In this document: positions 1 through 11,000 of the stretch, piece after piece | Layout: each line of letters starts with the position of its first letter | Position numbering within the stretch: position 1 is the first letter of the stretch | Origin: Candidatus Thorarchaeota archaeon | GTDB lineage: Archaea; Asgardarchaeota; Thorarchaeia; Thorarchaeales; Thorarchaeaceae | DNA: 64,000 nt | Direction of reading: 5' to 3' | Assembly: GCA_963726195.1 (NCBI GenBank) | Contig: CAVSBO010000003.1 | Span: forward strand, 352,001 to 416,000 | The notes under the pieces: model-generated | Told to the model about the DNA's origin: nothing | Seen by the model: only the letters and a program-made list of their open reading frames with translations | Databases searched by the model: none | Made by a program: the position numbers and the translations under genes

Positions 1-1
1 T

Positions 2-214
2 CCTCGAAAACAGAAATTCGGTGGTGACATTGAGTTCACCTCTGTCGCTGATTTCGAGAAAGCCTACAAAGAGAACAAACTGCACCCTGAGGACGTCAAG
101 GAAGCCGTCATCACGAAGCTGTGCGAATTGCTTGAACCGGCCAGAAAGTACTTCGAATCACACCCAGATATTCTGGCGGAAGTAGAACGCACCTTCGCTG
201 AGAAGAGAACGTAG
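2..214 (+). CDS. tyrS: Tyrosyl-tRNA synthetase, archaeal type, C-terminal fragment (5' truncated by the window)
   Basis: Hand translation from nt 2: PRKQKFGGDIEFTSVADFEKAYKENKLHPEDVKEAVITKLCELLEPARKYFE..., stop TAG 212-214. This matches the archaeal/eukaryal TyrRS C-terminal motif RPEKFGG...LHPxDLK...LEPxR. Confidence 0.88.
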   Translation, partial: PRKQKFGGDIEFTSVADFEKAYKENKLHPEDVKEAVITKLCELLEPARKYFESHPDILAEVERTFAEKRT

Positions 215-225
215 AAAGAAAATGT

Positions 226-252
226 CCTAGGCGGCTTGTTCGACCGCCTAGG
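226..252. terminator. Hairpin between convergent tyrS and the giant surface gene; probable terminator
   Basis: Perfect 9-bp inverted repeat CCTAGGCGG-(9 nt)-CCGCCTAGG, flanked by T-rich tracts on both strands. Confidence 0.6.
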
Positions 253-265
253 TTTCACCTGTTTC

Positions 266-3200
266 TTAGTCTAGTTCAATGCCCAAGCTATCGAGAAGGG
301 CCTTGAAATCTGCCTTTGACAAGGACTTTGCTTGGTCGAGTATGATGTCTACTTCCTCAGGAGCCATTCCTTTCTTCTGAAGCTTCGCCTTCAGCTCTTC
401 CATGTCGCTGGGCTTGGCTCCGAATAACTCCTTCTCAGGCTTGACGCTAGGCTTCCCAGCAGCCTTCTCTGCAAGGGCCTCAGCTCGTCGTGCTTGCTCC
501 TGAGCTATGACTTCATGGAGGAAGCCAGGCCTCTCGCTCGGCTTCATCCTTGCCAGGTCAGAACGGAAAGCATCGATTTCTTGAGCACCCAAGCCGGTTA
601 TCGAAGCTAGTTGATCTAGAAGGTCGTTGACCTCAGGAACTACAATCACAATTGGTTCTGGAGCGATATCCTCTGCTTGCTTCTCAATTCCAATGGGTTT
701 CAATTCCTTGTTCACGATTGCGAGGACGCTATCCGCTCGGGACCGCACCACGGCTCGCCGTGGAACCTTGCCGCGTCGGAGAGAACTAATCATGCGATTC
801 ATGACACGCACGAGTTTCGGCACGCTCCAGACTCTGACATAGAGCCCGACGAGAGCTGCACCTAGGATCAGAGCGGCTCCGCCAATGAGACTTACCCTCT
901 GATAGAACACCTGCTCCTGTGAAGTGTCGGACCTGACAGCAAACACGAGTACTTTCGTAGCATATTGCCCTCTTGAGAACTGGATGGTGATATGGAATGT
1001 GCCACCAGCGTTGATTCCAAAGTAGAGCAAGTATGTGCCGTTGTCAAGTTGCCTAGTCTGGTCAGCAAAGAAAGTGATGTTGCCGCCCTCCGTCGTGACA
1101 AGTGGTACCACGCCTGTAATTACTGCACCGTGATCCACGTCATAGTATGTTACAGGTATGACTATTGTCGCTCCGGGCACAGTTCGGATCGTAGTGTTTG
1201 CTGTCCTGAGCTCTGTGTTCACCTGTCTTACTGTGAGGTCAAGGGTAAACGATTCGATTTGGTAGATTGATGTGGCAAATGCTATCTCAATATGGTAGAG
1301 ATTCAGAGGCAGAGTTCCAGCAATGTCGAGTCTGTAGCTACCGTTTGTCATCTGGACTAGCGGAATCTCGCCAATTCCTGACCAGTATGATATTCCGTTG
1401 AGCCCTGAAACCGTCTGGTTGTTCAGCGTATTCACGACAGTAAACACAACTGAGGCGGTGTCATTCACAGGAAGAGATAGGGAGCTTGTCCCACGTATCT
1501 CAGCTGGCATCGCAAGTATTATGATGCTGACTTGAGTTGTCGCGGATGCATAGTTGCTCTTGGCAAGAGCAACACTCATTTGATATAGTCGAGGATTCAG
1601 CAAGGAGAGCCTAGTTGCGATGTAATAGCTTCCGTTGCCGAGGTCAGTAACGTTCGCAACACCACCTGCCCAACCTGCAGAGACTGTGGCGCCTACTATC
1701 TGCGCACCTGTGATGCTATCATTGTAGTAGACTGTGAACCAAATGATATCGCCATAGTACCCAACTCGTGTCAGCGGCTTGCCATTGGCATCAGTCGGCC
1801 TAGGCAGTATGTTCGCTATCACTGTTCTGGTAGCAGTGGCATAGCCGAGCTTGGTGGCGGTAACTCGCAGGTACAATGTCTCTGCTGCGAGCGAGGTCGT
1901 GTTGAATGTCACCCAATAGGACCCGTTTAGAAGGTCCCTGAATTGGCCTGTCAGGTTTCCAAGCACGTACGTTACATTGGCTCCTGTGAGCAAGCCGCCA
2001 TGGTATGTGTCGTTGTATGTAACCGAGATTGTAAGGTTGCTCCGATACACGACTGTGACTGAGGTTGCGCCGCCCGCCATTCGCAAGGCAGTGGGAACTG
2101 GTGCGACATTAATCCCAATGGAGAGGTCTAGGAATATGTGGTCAGTCTCGAAAGCTCTCAATGTGGCAGGATAGCTGCCTATGTTGAGACCGCTGAGGTT
2201 GACACTCGCCACATAGAAGCCAGGCGTTCCGTTGTAGACTAGTGCGCGAATCTTGTTGTTCCATTCTAATGTAACATTGTTGGCAATCACTGGCCTATTG
2301 GTAACCGTGTCGTTCAGGTAGACCCAGAACGAACCAGTAGTTCCGGTGACTATATTGTATGTAGACTGTGAGGGCATAATCTGACCGTTTGCCCTAAACA
2401 CGATTAGCACGAAAGACTGAGTGCGTGTCTGATAGTACTGCCTCGAAACGGACACCTGCGGCTGATGGTAACCGTAGTGTTTAGCTGATGTATCAAGGTT
2501 CAGCTGATATGTTCCGTTACCCAAGTCTGAGAACACATATAGAGTTCCGTTCCACAGGAGAGTAGCGTTCATGTGCGGAACATAAGTCGAGTACAGTGTC
2601 TCGCGAACACTCATTTGAATTAGAACGTGCTGCCCCCAATCCGCATAGTACGTACTCTGTCCGAGCAGTATGATTACTGTCGTCGACCCTGGCTGAGCTG
2701 TGACATTGATCGCGGATGTCTGATACAATGCCTTGACTGCTGTAATCGTAAACGGGTAGGCTTGAGCTACTAGTGCTGAGGTATTGAGTGTGATTCTGTA
2801 CACTCCACCTCCTATCTCTGCCCATGCGTAGCTTCGACCGTACCTACTCTGCCAATCACAACTTATGACAGCTCCTGCCAACGGCAGATTGTGGTCGAAG
2901 TCGGAGAGTGTGACGTTGAGAATGAACGGACTACCTACTGGCCGTGTCCCAGCAGGCGGCAAAGACGAAAGCAGAGAGGTCTGGACTAGGCGTATAACAG
3001 CAGGGACATTGTTTGTGGTTCTGTTCGCGTAGTGGTTCGCTGCACCCGTCTTGTAAACTGTGAGATTGAAGTAGAAGGTCCCAATCGATCCAAATTGCAC
3101 CGAAGGGACGAGTATGCGGTAAGCACCTCCTCCAAGCGAAACGAAGTAGTAGGTCAGAGATGTCTTGTTGCTGGATGTGAGAGTTGCTGAAGCACCTGCA

Positions 3201-6200
3201 ATGCCGGCTCCGGTTGTGTAGTCTGTATAATCAAAGTTCAGAGTAATATTGTCGAAGTACGGTGTATCAGGTACAAGTGGGAACAGTATCTGTGTGGGGC
3301 GCTCGACAGTTGTTGCGTACGTCGTTGTGCTCTTGGGAGCATAGTATGGGACACTAGTGCTCCTGTTGATAGACAACTGAATGGTCATGCTAGTGACAAG
3401 GTTCACTGCGTCAAGAAATGTCGAGTTAAATCTAATCTCATAATAGGCACCGTAGTTCGTCAACACGTAGTTGGCCGAAGTGAGTACATAAGCACCGCCC
3501 AGAACAATGGTGATGTTGTTCTTTGTGATGGCTATGTTCGAGCTTGTGATGAAGTCGATGTATTCAAACCTGAAGACCACAAACTCCTTGAATGGAGTGT
3601 CGCCGGGTGTCTGCGTCATAAGTATCTGAGTAGCTCTCTGTGTGACCTGTGAATTGACGTTTCTTGTCGAGAGCATATAGAACGGTGAACCTGCGCGAGA
3701 GACAGTCACACCAATAACATACTTGCCTATATGCCCAAGAGCCACGCTACTAATTCTGATTTGGTAGACCCCTTGGCCTTGATACGTTACCCAGTAGTTG
3801 CTGTTCTGCACAAGTGACGACGTGGAGTTAGAGCAAGCCAACGAGACCGAAGCGCCAGATATGCCTGTACTAGTTGTGTCATCAGTGTAAGTCACTGTGA
3901 ATGTCACATTCTCAAGGTAGGCTGTCGGATCCGGAGTGGCGTATCCAAGCTGTGTCGAACGCTTAAGGACTGACAAGCTGACGAAATCGACTGCATTGCT
4001 CACATAATTCGAACCCGTGTAGACTATGGTAGCGTTGAGCACGAACGTACCGTCTGACACAAAGGCTGAAGTGTCGAGAGTCAGCTGGTAGCCACCGTTT
4101 CCAAGGAAGAGTACCGTGTAGTGTCCCGAGAGAGTGGCATTGAGTGTCAGGGTTCCGGTCATTCCAGATGAGGATCCGGATATTAGGTCGGTGTACAGGA
4201 ACTGGATTATCACACTGTTTGCGTACTGAGGCGGAGTGAATGGCTGGTTTGTGAGCTGACTGCTTCTCAGAATCACTGTGACAACGAAGGCTTTGCTGCC
4301 CACCGATGCATAGAAGGGCGCGCCTGTCCAAGTCATGTTGAGATGCAGAGTGTAGGAGCCGATGCCTCCGAGACTGTGCGTATCAATGGTGATGTTGAAC
4401 AATCGTTGAGCAGAAATGTAGGTCAATGAATAGGAGACCGTGCCTTCATTCAGCCGCACCGTGAGATTGCTAGGAGAATTGGGAATGCGACTTGCAGTCA
4501 ACGTATCATAGAAGCTAAATGTGAAAACTGCGTATTGCCCGTATGGAGTAGATTGGATGGGGTTCGGATCGATATAGGTTGATCTCTGAATGGCCGTGAG
4601 GGTCACGGTCATCGTGTTGTTTTCATAGAGAGGCGACTGACCACTCTTCCACAGGAAGTCAAGCTGGAATACGAACGATCCGCACTTCCCAAAGAGGGAG
4701 CTATTCAATGCAAAGCTGTAGACGCCGCCACCCAGTCCCACCACCTTGAATTTGGCTTGTGTGACACTGTGACCACCGGTGAGGGCTGTTATCTTGAGAT
4801 GTACGTAGCCAGATGTGTTGGAAATACCTGTTCCATTCAAGACATCCCAGTAGACTGCTGTGAATGTCAGATTCTGAAGATAATAGGTGGCGCTCGGTGC
4901 TTGCTGAAGGTACAGATCGGTGGTCGTGCCCGAAACTCTCACTGCCGTACTAATGGATTTGCCATAGTAGGTAACGACAGGTCCCGTCCAGCTAACTGCA
5001 ATCGTGAGATTCTTCCAGCCAATTGAGCCCCACTGGCGCGCCATCGCTGTTATGTTGTAGTGACCCACGCCTAGGGTGTCAGCCACCATTGTGAACTTGA
5101 AGTTGGTGACGCCCGGCGCCGACACGACAATGTGGACATAGCCGCTTCCGTTAGAGATGCCGACCCCGAGGTCAGTATCCTGATAATAGACTAGGATATC
5201 TATCAGCTGGCCGTACGCGGTCTGGCTCAATGGTTGGTCCAGCGTAAATAGTGTGTTGTGAGAACGCACCTGAACGCCCACAGTAAAGGTGTGATTCTGA
5301 TAGAGGTAACGTTCAACCTTGAACAAAACGGTGTAATAGTAGTTGGGCGCTGTAAGAGGGTCACTCAACATAGTGAACACGGTGATCCTGTACACACCAG
5401 GGGAAACTTCTGCAACTGTGTAGTTTGTGTCTCCGTGCGAATGGAATGTTGTCCAATTGCAGCTAATTGAACTGCTCGAACCAGTGACAGGGTTGTTATT
5501 CTCGTCGGTCCAAGTTAGGTTAAAGTTAGCTGACTGCCCAACAGGTATTGAGAGCTGATTTGCGGAGTAAGCAATGTTGTTGTACACGCTTCTTACGTCA
5601 ACAAACATTACCATCATCTGAGTCAGGACGAATTGTGCTTTCGCTGTAATGTTCAGAGCGTTCCTGCCAATTCCATACCCGGTGGTGTTTAGCGTCATCT
5701 TATAGAAACCCAAGCCCAACGAAGTGACCTGATACGGCTTGGTCCAGTTGCACTTGATAACGGCGCCCGTGATGCCAGTGCCGTTCACGTTCTTGAAGCT
5801 CACAGTGAACGATTGATCATAGCCAATCGGGCCCGAAATGCCTGGATATTGAGGAGACTGTAACGTTGCCGCGTAGTTCACGTTCATGTAGAGAGTCGCC
5901 GTGGCATTATCATAGCGTGAACAAGTCCACTTCAGCTGCATTGTGTAACGCCCAGCATGCGTCAGACCTGAAGTGTCGATGACCTTCGTGTATTGTCCGT
6001 TTCCGCTGTCGTCGAAAGTAACAGTGCCAAGCGTCCAGGTCAACGTGAGCGTTCCACCCGCAACAACTACCTTGCTGTCGGTGTCGTTTGCCTTTATCAC
6101 GACTAGTACAAGAGCGCCGTAAGTTGCATTAGTAACCCAAGTAGTCTGAGCATCTGATGGGTACAGAATTGAGATTTTGGAAGAATGAGTTACTGTGAAA

Positions 6201-8038
6201 GGTCTCTTGAAGAATCCAGTGGACTGCCATTTGCCGCTGCTGCCCACGTCGTTCGTACTGGCTTGAATCATCCAAGCACCTGCAGTCGCGTTGGTACCTG
6301 CGAAAGTAAGGGACTTGCTGGTTGCATAGCCTGTGGCATTAGCAGTAGCATTGCCACTGTACCACTTTGATCCAGATGGGCCGTAGATAGTGATATTGAC
6401 TACCGAATTTGCGTAAGAGGCTCCAACATAGGCGCGGACTTTTGTGACGTTTCCGGCTCTGAGATTGACGGTCGCCTTCCAAGTAGAGTCCTTAGGATCC
6501 AACATCTGGATGTTCGTAATCATGTTCGCAGACTGGCTGAGGATTCGCCAGTAGCCATATCTGCCTGCGTCGGTAGCATCCTTGTATGCAGACACGTTCA
6601 CGTAACCTTGACCGATTTGTCCACCGTTCCATCCCGATGGATATGTGAGATTTGTCGAAGGAGCGAGTGGTGCGCCGACGAAGTAGACACGTCTGTTTGA
6701 TGGAATAGTCTCGTTGAAGAAGTACTTGTTGGAGTATCCTGTGGGGATATTCGCATAGAAGAAAGTTGTGTAGTAAGCCTGAGAGCCGTTCTGAATAGCG
6801 AAGCTCTGACCGTAATCAGTGGGACTAATATCAAACACGGTAAGCGTGTTAAGTCGTCGCGCGTAGAAGTTGATTGCGACATCGAACTGCACGATTATGT
6901 TAAGGTTTGGAGCAGGAGTCGCAGGCACTGGAGCCCAAGTGAAGTTCATCCGTACGGGATTGGTTCTCCACGGGGTTCCGGGAGATTGTGTGATTGTGCC
7001 CGCTCCATAACCTGTGCTGTTGACCACAGCAACACCGTTCATCTTGAGATTAACATTGGTAGGAGCAGCTTTTGTCACCAGATACAACTGAATGTTGTCG
7101 AGCTTGGCATGAGGCCTAATATTCGGGGTGTAGCCTACGGCCACCTTGCTCAACAATCCTGCTTCAAGCCACACATTTTGTACGGAAGGCAGATTGAACG
7201 TGTATGCAGGTATGAAAACCATACCGCTGTTATACCAAGTCCGCTCCGCACCGATTGAATCGAATACAATCTCCCAGATAGCTGTGCTCTGGCTTCTCAC
7301 ATACAGCGAGAACGATCCAGTCATGCCATAGTGAGTGTTGTCTCTGGTTTCTGCCCAGTAGTCCAGAGTCAAGCCGGCCCACACAACTGTTCCACGCGTA
7401 ATTGGCACGGTCTGGTTCACCCAAGCCTTGTCGCCTGAATCGTAGTTGTAGACTGGGCCGCCTCCGGTCGAGTTGATCTCCAACTCAACCGCTCCATTGC
7501 CCGTTCCGTGGCCTGTCGCGTTGTATGTACAATACGGATTGCTGCTGCCGCCCGCCCCTGTTGTACCGAGAGTCCAGTTACCACTACCGCACTTTGTGCT
7601 GAAATCGTAGTTCTTGAACCACGTGCGATTCTCAGTCAGACTTGAAACACTGACAACAGCCTTGTATGCTTCCCAGCCGCTTCCAGTGGGTACACTCACA
7701 CTTGAATTAGCCGTGGTACCGTTCGAGAAGTGCTTCACAGTCACGCTTGAATAGCTGTTAGTGCTATTCCCGAACTCGCCCGTATTGCTGCCAGTGAACG
7801 GCGCAGAGTATCCGTCCCATTCAGTCCATCCTTGATCAGTCAAGACAAACCTGTGCAACTCCTCGTCAGGGCCTATTGGAGGAATGCCGTTGACATTCGG
7901 ACCAACCTGTGTCGCTGATCCTGTCTGGCCACCGCCCAACGGCGCAGCAAGCATTCCAAGTGCGCCCGGCGAGAACATCTGAATCATTATGGCTATCACA
8001 AACAGTGCAAACGGCACAAGCTTCTTCATACGGCTCAT
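266..8038 (-). CDS. Giant type-I membrane surface glycoprotein 1 (2590 aa): signal peptide, CBM-like head, about 16 Ig-like repeats, one TM helix, ~190-aa cytoplasmic helical domain
   Basis: Intact ORF with a hydrophobic N-terminus. The motif D(L/M)GNG(T/S)Yx(L/I)x(L/I)(N/D)T recurs about every 100 aa and N-x-S/T sequons are abundant. TM segment VSLIGGAALILGAALVGLY is followed by a charged helical tail. The ATG overlaps the upstream TGA (ATGA, 8035-8038). Confidence 0.9.
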   Translation of the reverse strand: MSRMKKLVPFALFVIAIMIQMFSPGALGMLAAPLGGGQTGSATQVGPNVNGIPPIGPDEELHRFVLTDQGWTEWDGYSAPFTGSNTGEFGNSTNSYSSVTVKHFSNGTTANSSVSVPTGSGWEAYKAVVSVSSLTENRTWFKNYDFSTKCGSGNWTLGTTGAGGSSNPYCTYNATGHGTGNGAVELEINSTGGGPVYNYDSGDKAWVNQTVPITRGTVVWAGLTLDYWAETRDNTHYGMTGSFSLYVRSQSTAIWEIVFDSIGAERTWYNSGMVFIPAYTFNLPSVQNVWLEAGLLSKVAVGYTPNIRPHAKLDNIQLYLVTKAAPTNVNLKMNGVAVVNSTGYGAGTITQSPGTPWRTNPVRMNFTWAPVPATPAPNLNIIVQFDVAINFYARRLNTLTVFDISPTDYGQSFAIQNGSQAYYTTFFYANIPTGYSNKYFFNETIPSNRRVYFVGAPLAPSTNLTYPSGWNGGQIGQGYVNVSAYKDATDAGRYGYWRILSQSANMITNIQMLDPKDSTWKATVNLRAGNVTKVRAYVGASYANSVVNITIYGPSGSKWYSGNATANATGYATSKSLTFAGTNATAGAWMIQASTNDVGSSGKWQSTGFFKRPFTVTHSSKISILYPSDAQTTWVTNATYGALVLVVIKANDTDSKVVVAGGTLTLTWTLGTVTFDDSGNGQYTKVIDTSGLTHAGRYTMQLKWTCSRYDNATATLYMNVNYAATLQSPQYPGISGPIGYDQSFTVSFKNVNGTGITGAVIKCNWTKPYQVTSLGLGFYKMTLNTTGYGIGRNALNITAKAQFVLTQMMVMFVDVRSVYNNIAYSANQLSIPVGQSANFNLTWTDENNNPVTGSSSSISCNWTTFHSHGDTNYTVAEVSPGVYRITVFTMLSDPLTAPNYYYTVLFKVERYLYQNHTFTVGVQVRSHNTLFTLDQPLSQTAYGQLIDILVYYQDTDLGVGISNGSGYVHIVVSAPGVTNFKFTMVADTLGVGHYNITAMARQWGSIGWKNLTIAVSWTGPVVTYYGKSISTAVRVSGTTTDLYLQQAPSATYYLQNLTFTAVYWDVLNGTGISNTSGYVHLKITALTGGHSVTQAKFKVVGLGGGVYSFALNSSLFGKCGSFVFQLDFLWKSGQSPLYENNTMTVTLTAIQRSTYIDPNPIQSTPYGQYAVFTFSFYDTLTASRIPNSPSNLTVRLNEGTVSYSLTYISAQRLFNITIDTHSLGGIGSYTLHLNMTWTGAPFYASVGSKAFVVTVILRSSQLTNQPFTPPQYANSVIIQFLYTDLISGSSSGMTGTLTLNATLSGHYTVLFLGNGGYQLTLDTSAFVSDGTFVLNATIVYTGSNYVSNAVDFVSLSVLKRSTQLGYATPDPTAYLENVTFTVTYTDDTTSTGISGASVSLACSNSTSSLVQNSNYWVTYQGQGVYQIRISSVALGHIGKYVIGVTVSRAGSPFYMLSTRNVNSQVTQRATQILMTQTPGDTPFKEFVVFRFEYIDFITSSNIAITKNNITIVLGGAYVLTSANYVLTNYGAYYEIRFNSTFLDAVNLVTSMTIQLSINRSTSVPYYAPKSTTTYATTVERPTQILFPLVPDTPYFDNITLNFDYTDYTTGAGIAGASATLTSSNKTSLTYYFVSLGGGAYRILVPSVQFGSIGTFYFNLTVYKTGAANHYANRTTNNVPAVIRLVQTSLLSSLPPAGTRPVGSPFILNVTLSDFDHNLPLAGAVISCDWQSRYGRSYAWAEIGGGVYRITLNTSALVAQAYPFTITAVKALYQTSAINVTAQPGSTTVIILLGQSTYYADWGQHVLIQMSVRETLYSTYVPHMNATLLWNGTLYVFSDLGNGTYQLNLDTSAKHYGYHQPQVSVSRQYYQTRTQSFVLIVFRANGQIMPSQSTYNIVTGTTGSFWVYLNDTVTNRPVIANNVTLEWNNKIRALVYNGTPGFYVASVNLSGLNIGSYPATLRAFETDHIFLDLSIGINVAPVPTALRMAGGATSVTVVYRSNLTISVTYNDTYHGGLLTGANVTYVLGNLTGQFRDLLNGSYWVTFNTTSLAAETLYLRVTATKLGYATATRTVIANILPRPTDANGKPLTRVGYYGDIIWFTVYYNDSITGAQIVGATVSAGWAGGVANVTDLGNGSYYIATRLSLLNPRLYQMSVALAKSNYASATTQVSIIILAMPAEIRGTSSLSLPVNDTASVVFTVVNTLNNQTVSGLNGISYWSGIGEIPLVQMTNGSYRLDIAGTLPLNLYHIEIAFATSIYQIESFTLDLTVRQVNTELRTANTTIRTVPGATIVIPVTYYDVDHGAVITGVVPLVTTEGGNITFFADQTRQLDNGTYLLYFGINAGGTFHITIQFSRGQYATKVLVFAVRSDTSQEQVFYQRVSLIGGAALILGAALVGLYVRVWSVPKLVRVMNRMISSLRRGKVPRRAVVRSRADSVLAIVNKELKPIGIEKQAEDIAPEPIVIVVPEVNDLLDQLASITGLGAQEIDAFRSDLARMKPSERPGFLHEVIAQEQARRAEALAEKAAGKPSVKPEKELFGAKPSDMEELKAKLQKKGMAPEEVDIILDQAKSLSKADFKALLDSLGIELD

Positions 8039-11000
8039 AACTTCTCGCCTCCAATCTGATCCAGCAGGGCATCTATCTCTGCTTTTGTGAGATTCCTGGC
8101 TTGTTCAATCATGATATCGGCTTCGCTCTCTTCTATTCCCATCTCGATGAGCCGCTCACGGAGTTGCTTCAGCTCGCTCTCTGTGAGCTTCCTCTCAAGA
8201 TGTTCAACTGCCTTGCCGGGCATCGCTGCCTTCTCAGCTTCGACGAGTTCGCGTGCTCTGCGGGCACGTTCCTGCCTCAGCACTTCACTTACAAATCCGG
8301 CCCTTTCGCTAGGTCTCATCTTTTCTAGGTCCTGTTTCAGCACTGCGACGTCACTTTCGCTGAGGCCAACCACTTGGGCCAGCTCAGTCAGCAGCTTCTC
8401 GACATCAAGGATTGAGATATCTACTGTGGACAGACTGACATCCTCAAGACTCTTTGAAACTCCAATCTCAGCGAGTTCATCGTTCATTAGGTCCAGCAAC
8501 ATCTCTCTTCTGTCCCTGACTGCTGCCGGGCGTGGAATGTCGCCCTTGCTCAGCTTCCCGACCATCGACCTAATTCGTCTCAGCATGGGGGGTACTGACA
8601 GTACCTTGACGTACAAGGCCCCAAACGCGGCGATGAGTATCAACGCCAATGAGCCGTAAGTGAATGCAGTAACCAACATTGCCTGCTGGGGCGAGATGAG
8701 AGAGTAGATCACGGTCGAGTACACAGCTGTGGCATAGTCTGCCTTGTCGAAATGCACCTCCAGACTCAGATCGCCAGCCTGAGGCGCATTGAAAGCGAGC
8801 ACATATGTGCCGTTGCCAAAGTCTAGACTCTGGCTAGACACATAGTAGAGATCCGTCCCGGGTGTGCTGTTGTAAGCACTTGCTATCGGCTTATTGTGGT
8901 CGACATCCCAATAGGTCAGCCGAACCACGAAGGTGTCTCCTGCAAAGATGGTCGTTGGCGGCGGCACAACCACGAGCTGAGTCAGCTATCTTTCTAATTG
9001 TAAGATAAAGAACAAACTCTGCGTGACTGTAGTTGCCTCTGGAGAACTGAATGTGAACCACATACGGCGTGTTTCTCACTTCGAGTCGAGCGATTCCCGA
9101 CTCAATCGCTCCAAATTCATAGGACCCATTGCCAAGATTAGTCAGGGATGCGACACCAAACTCCCAAACTGCTGTGGCAGTAGCATCAGTCAGTAGGTGA
9201 TTGTTGAGCGTGTCGTTGAATCGGAAAAGCTGCCTGTAGTCGTCGCCTACCGGTACCGAGACTGTCTGCGTGCCCATGACTGCAGTCGGAATGGGCCTCA
9301 CGATGAGCTTCACTACGGTGAAGGCATAGTCGTATCGTGACCTATGCATGGAGATGTAGACATCGTGGCTGACAGCTCCTGCAGTCAGCAGCCTTGTATC
9401 TATGACCAAGGAGTAGTTGCCGTTCTTCAGATCAGTAACGGTTCCTCCAAACGATTCGAGGGTGAACTGACCTGTTCCATTCACAATCGGCTGGTTGTTG
9501 TGAGAATCCCAGTAGGCAAACAAGAACGTTACATTCCTGCCGTAGTAGCCTTCCTGCAGTGGACTAGACAAGACCAAGATAGTTGTGGGAACTTGGGTAA
9601 TTGTAACAGTGAGCTGGATTGAAGATGGAGAGTAACCAGTCTTAACGCCGGATACTGTCAGCACCCAATCACGAATGTCGCTTGTGCCCGTGGGAACGCT
9701 AGCTGAGTAGTACCCTCCACCAATGTCAGAAAGATTACCCACATGAGCTCCCAAGCTGTCAGCTTAGCATGCCACCAGTCACTGATTCGTTCAAGGCTGT
9801 ATTGTTCAGGTACACTGTGACGTTCAAATGGTCTCCTGACACGATCGTGTAGACCGTGTGGCCCAGGTAAGCCTTGAGTTCCGTCGGGATTTCTGTGATT
9901 TCAATTGTCACCTGGAAACTCACTGTCGCGTAGTTGTCGGATGATGCAACGACAAGGATTTGGTGAGTACCTACTGGAGCTCCGTTGACAACAGACTCGG
10001 CAACGTACATTGAGCCATTCCATGTCAGTATTCCCGAACCTCCGACCCAGCCGTACGTTAGATGACCAAACCTGATCGGAGTGCTATTGGACTGGATGAG
10101 GTACCGAGCAGTAATAGTAAGACCGTGCCCGTTGACAGTGATTGTGGGGTTAATCCCACCAGACGTCGTTGCTCCGACTTTGGCGATTCTAATCTGAAAG
10201 CCCTGAGAGCGGGTTTCATAGTTCGTAAGAATGAATGAAACCGTCATCGTATACTCGCCGGAAACGTACTGCCCGGTGAGCACAGTGCATCGGTATCTCC
10301 CGCCACCAATACCAGACATAACGTAAGTGTGAGAAGAGAGAGTTAGATTGACGCTTGCTCCGGATATGGGAGTCCCTGTCCTAAAGTCGGTAATGTTCAC
10401 TTCAATGATGACGGTATCACCCCACGTTGGAGCAACAGGGGTCGTTTGCAGAACGATGCTCACAGGCGTGGGAGATAGAACAATGTCAGCGATGATAGTC
10501 TGGTTCACGTAAAGGTACTTCGAAGCGCTGATAGCAAAACTGTACAGCCCGGCATTCAGACTTGCAGTCGTTATGCTAAGCCTGTACACTCCATTGCCCA
10601 TGAAAGTGATAGTCGCACTAGTTGAGTATCGAAGCGTCCAATTGGTACTGACAGAGGCACCGTTTATGCCGGCACCCGTCGAGATCGGCCTGAATGTGAT
10701 ATTCCCCACAACGGTGTCGCCCAAGTAATGGAGAGAACCGATTGGGAGATCAAATGAGAGAACTGTGGAAACCGGGTTGACCGCTACGTTGAATGCTATG
10801 CCAGTTACGTTCTGATAGTACGGCAGGCCAGTCCAAGTCAGGTTGGCCAGGAAGTAGTACCTTCCTAGCGATGGCAGGAGAGTTGTGTTGACACTCACTA
10901 GGTAGGTGCCATCGCCCATGCTGATTCCCCAACCCTGCACGGAAGTCTTGTTCAAACACTTGAATTTCAGGACGGCGCCAGCTATCCCTGTGCCCTTGAG

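Noticed and set aside
9755-9765. Selenocysteine read-through at TGA in giant gene 2
   Set aside because: The downstream coding region is in another frame, and deleting one G gives LSYSLG, matching the paralog.
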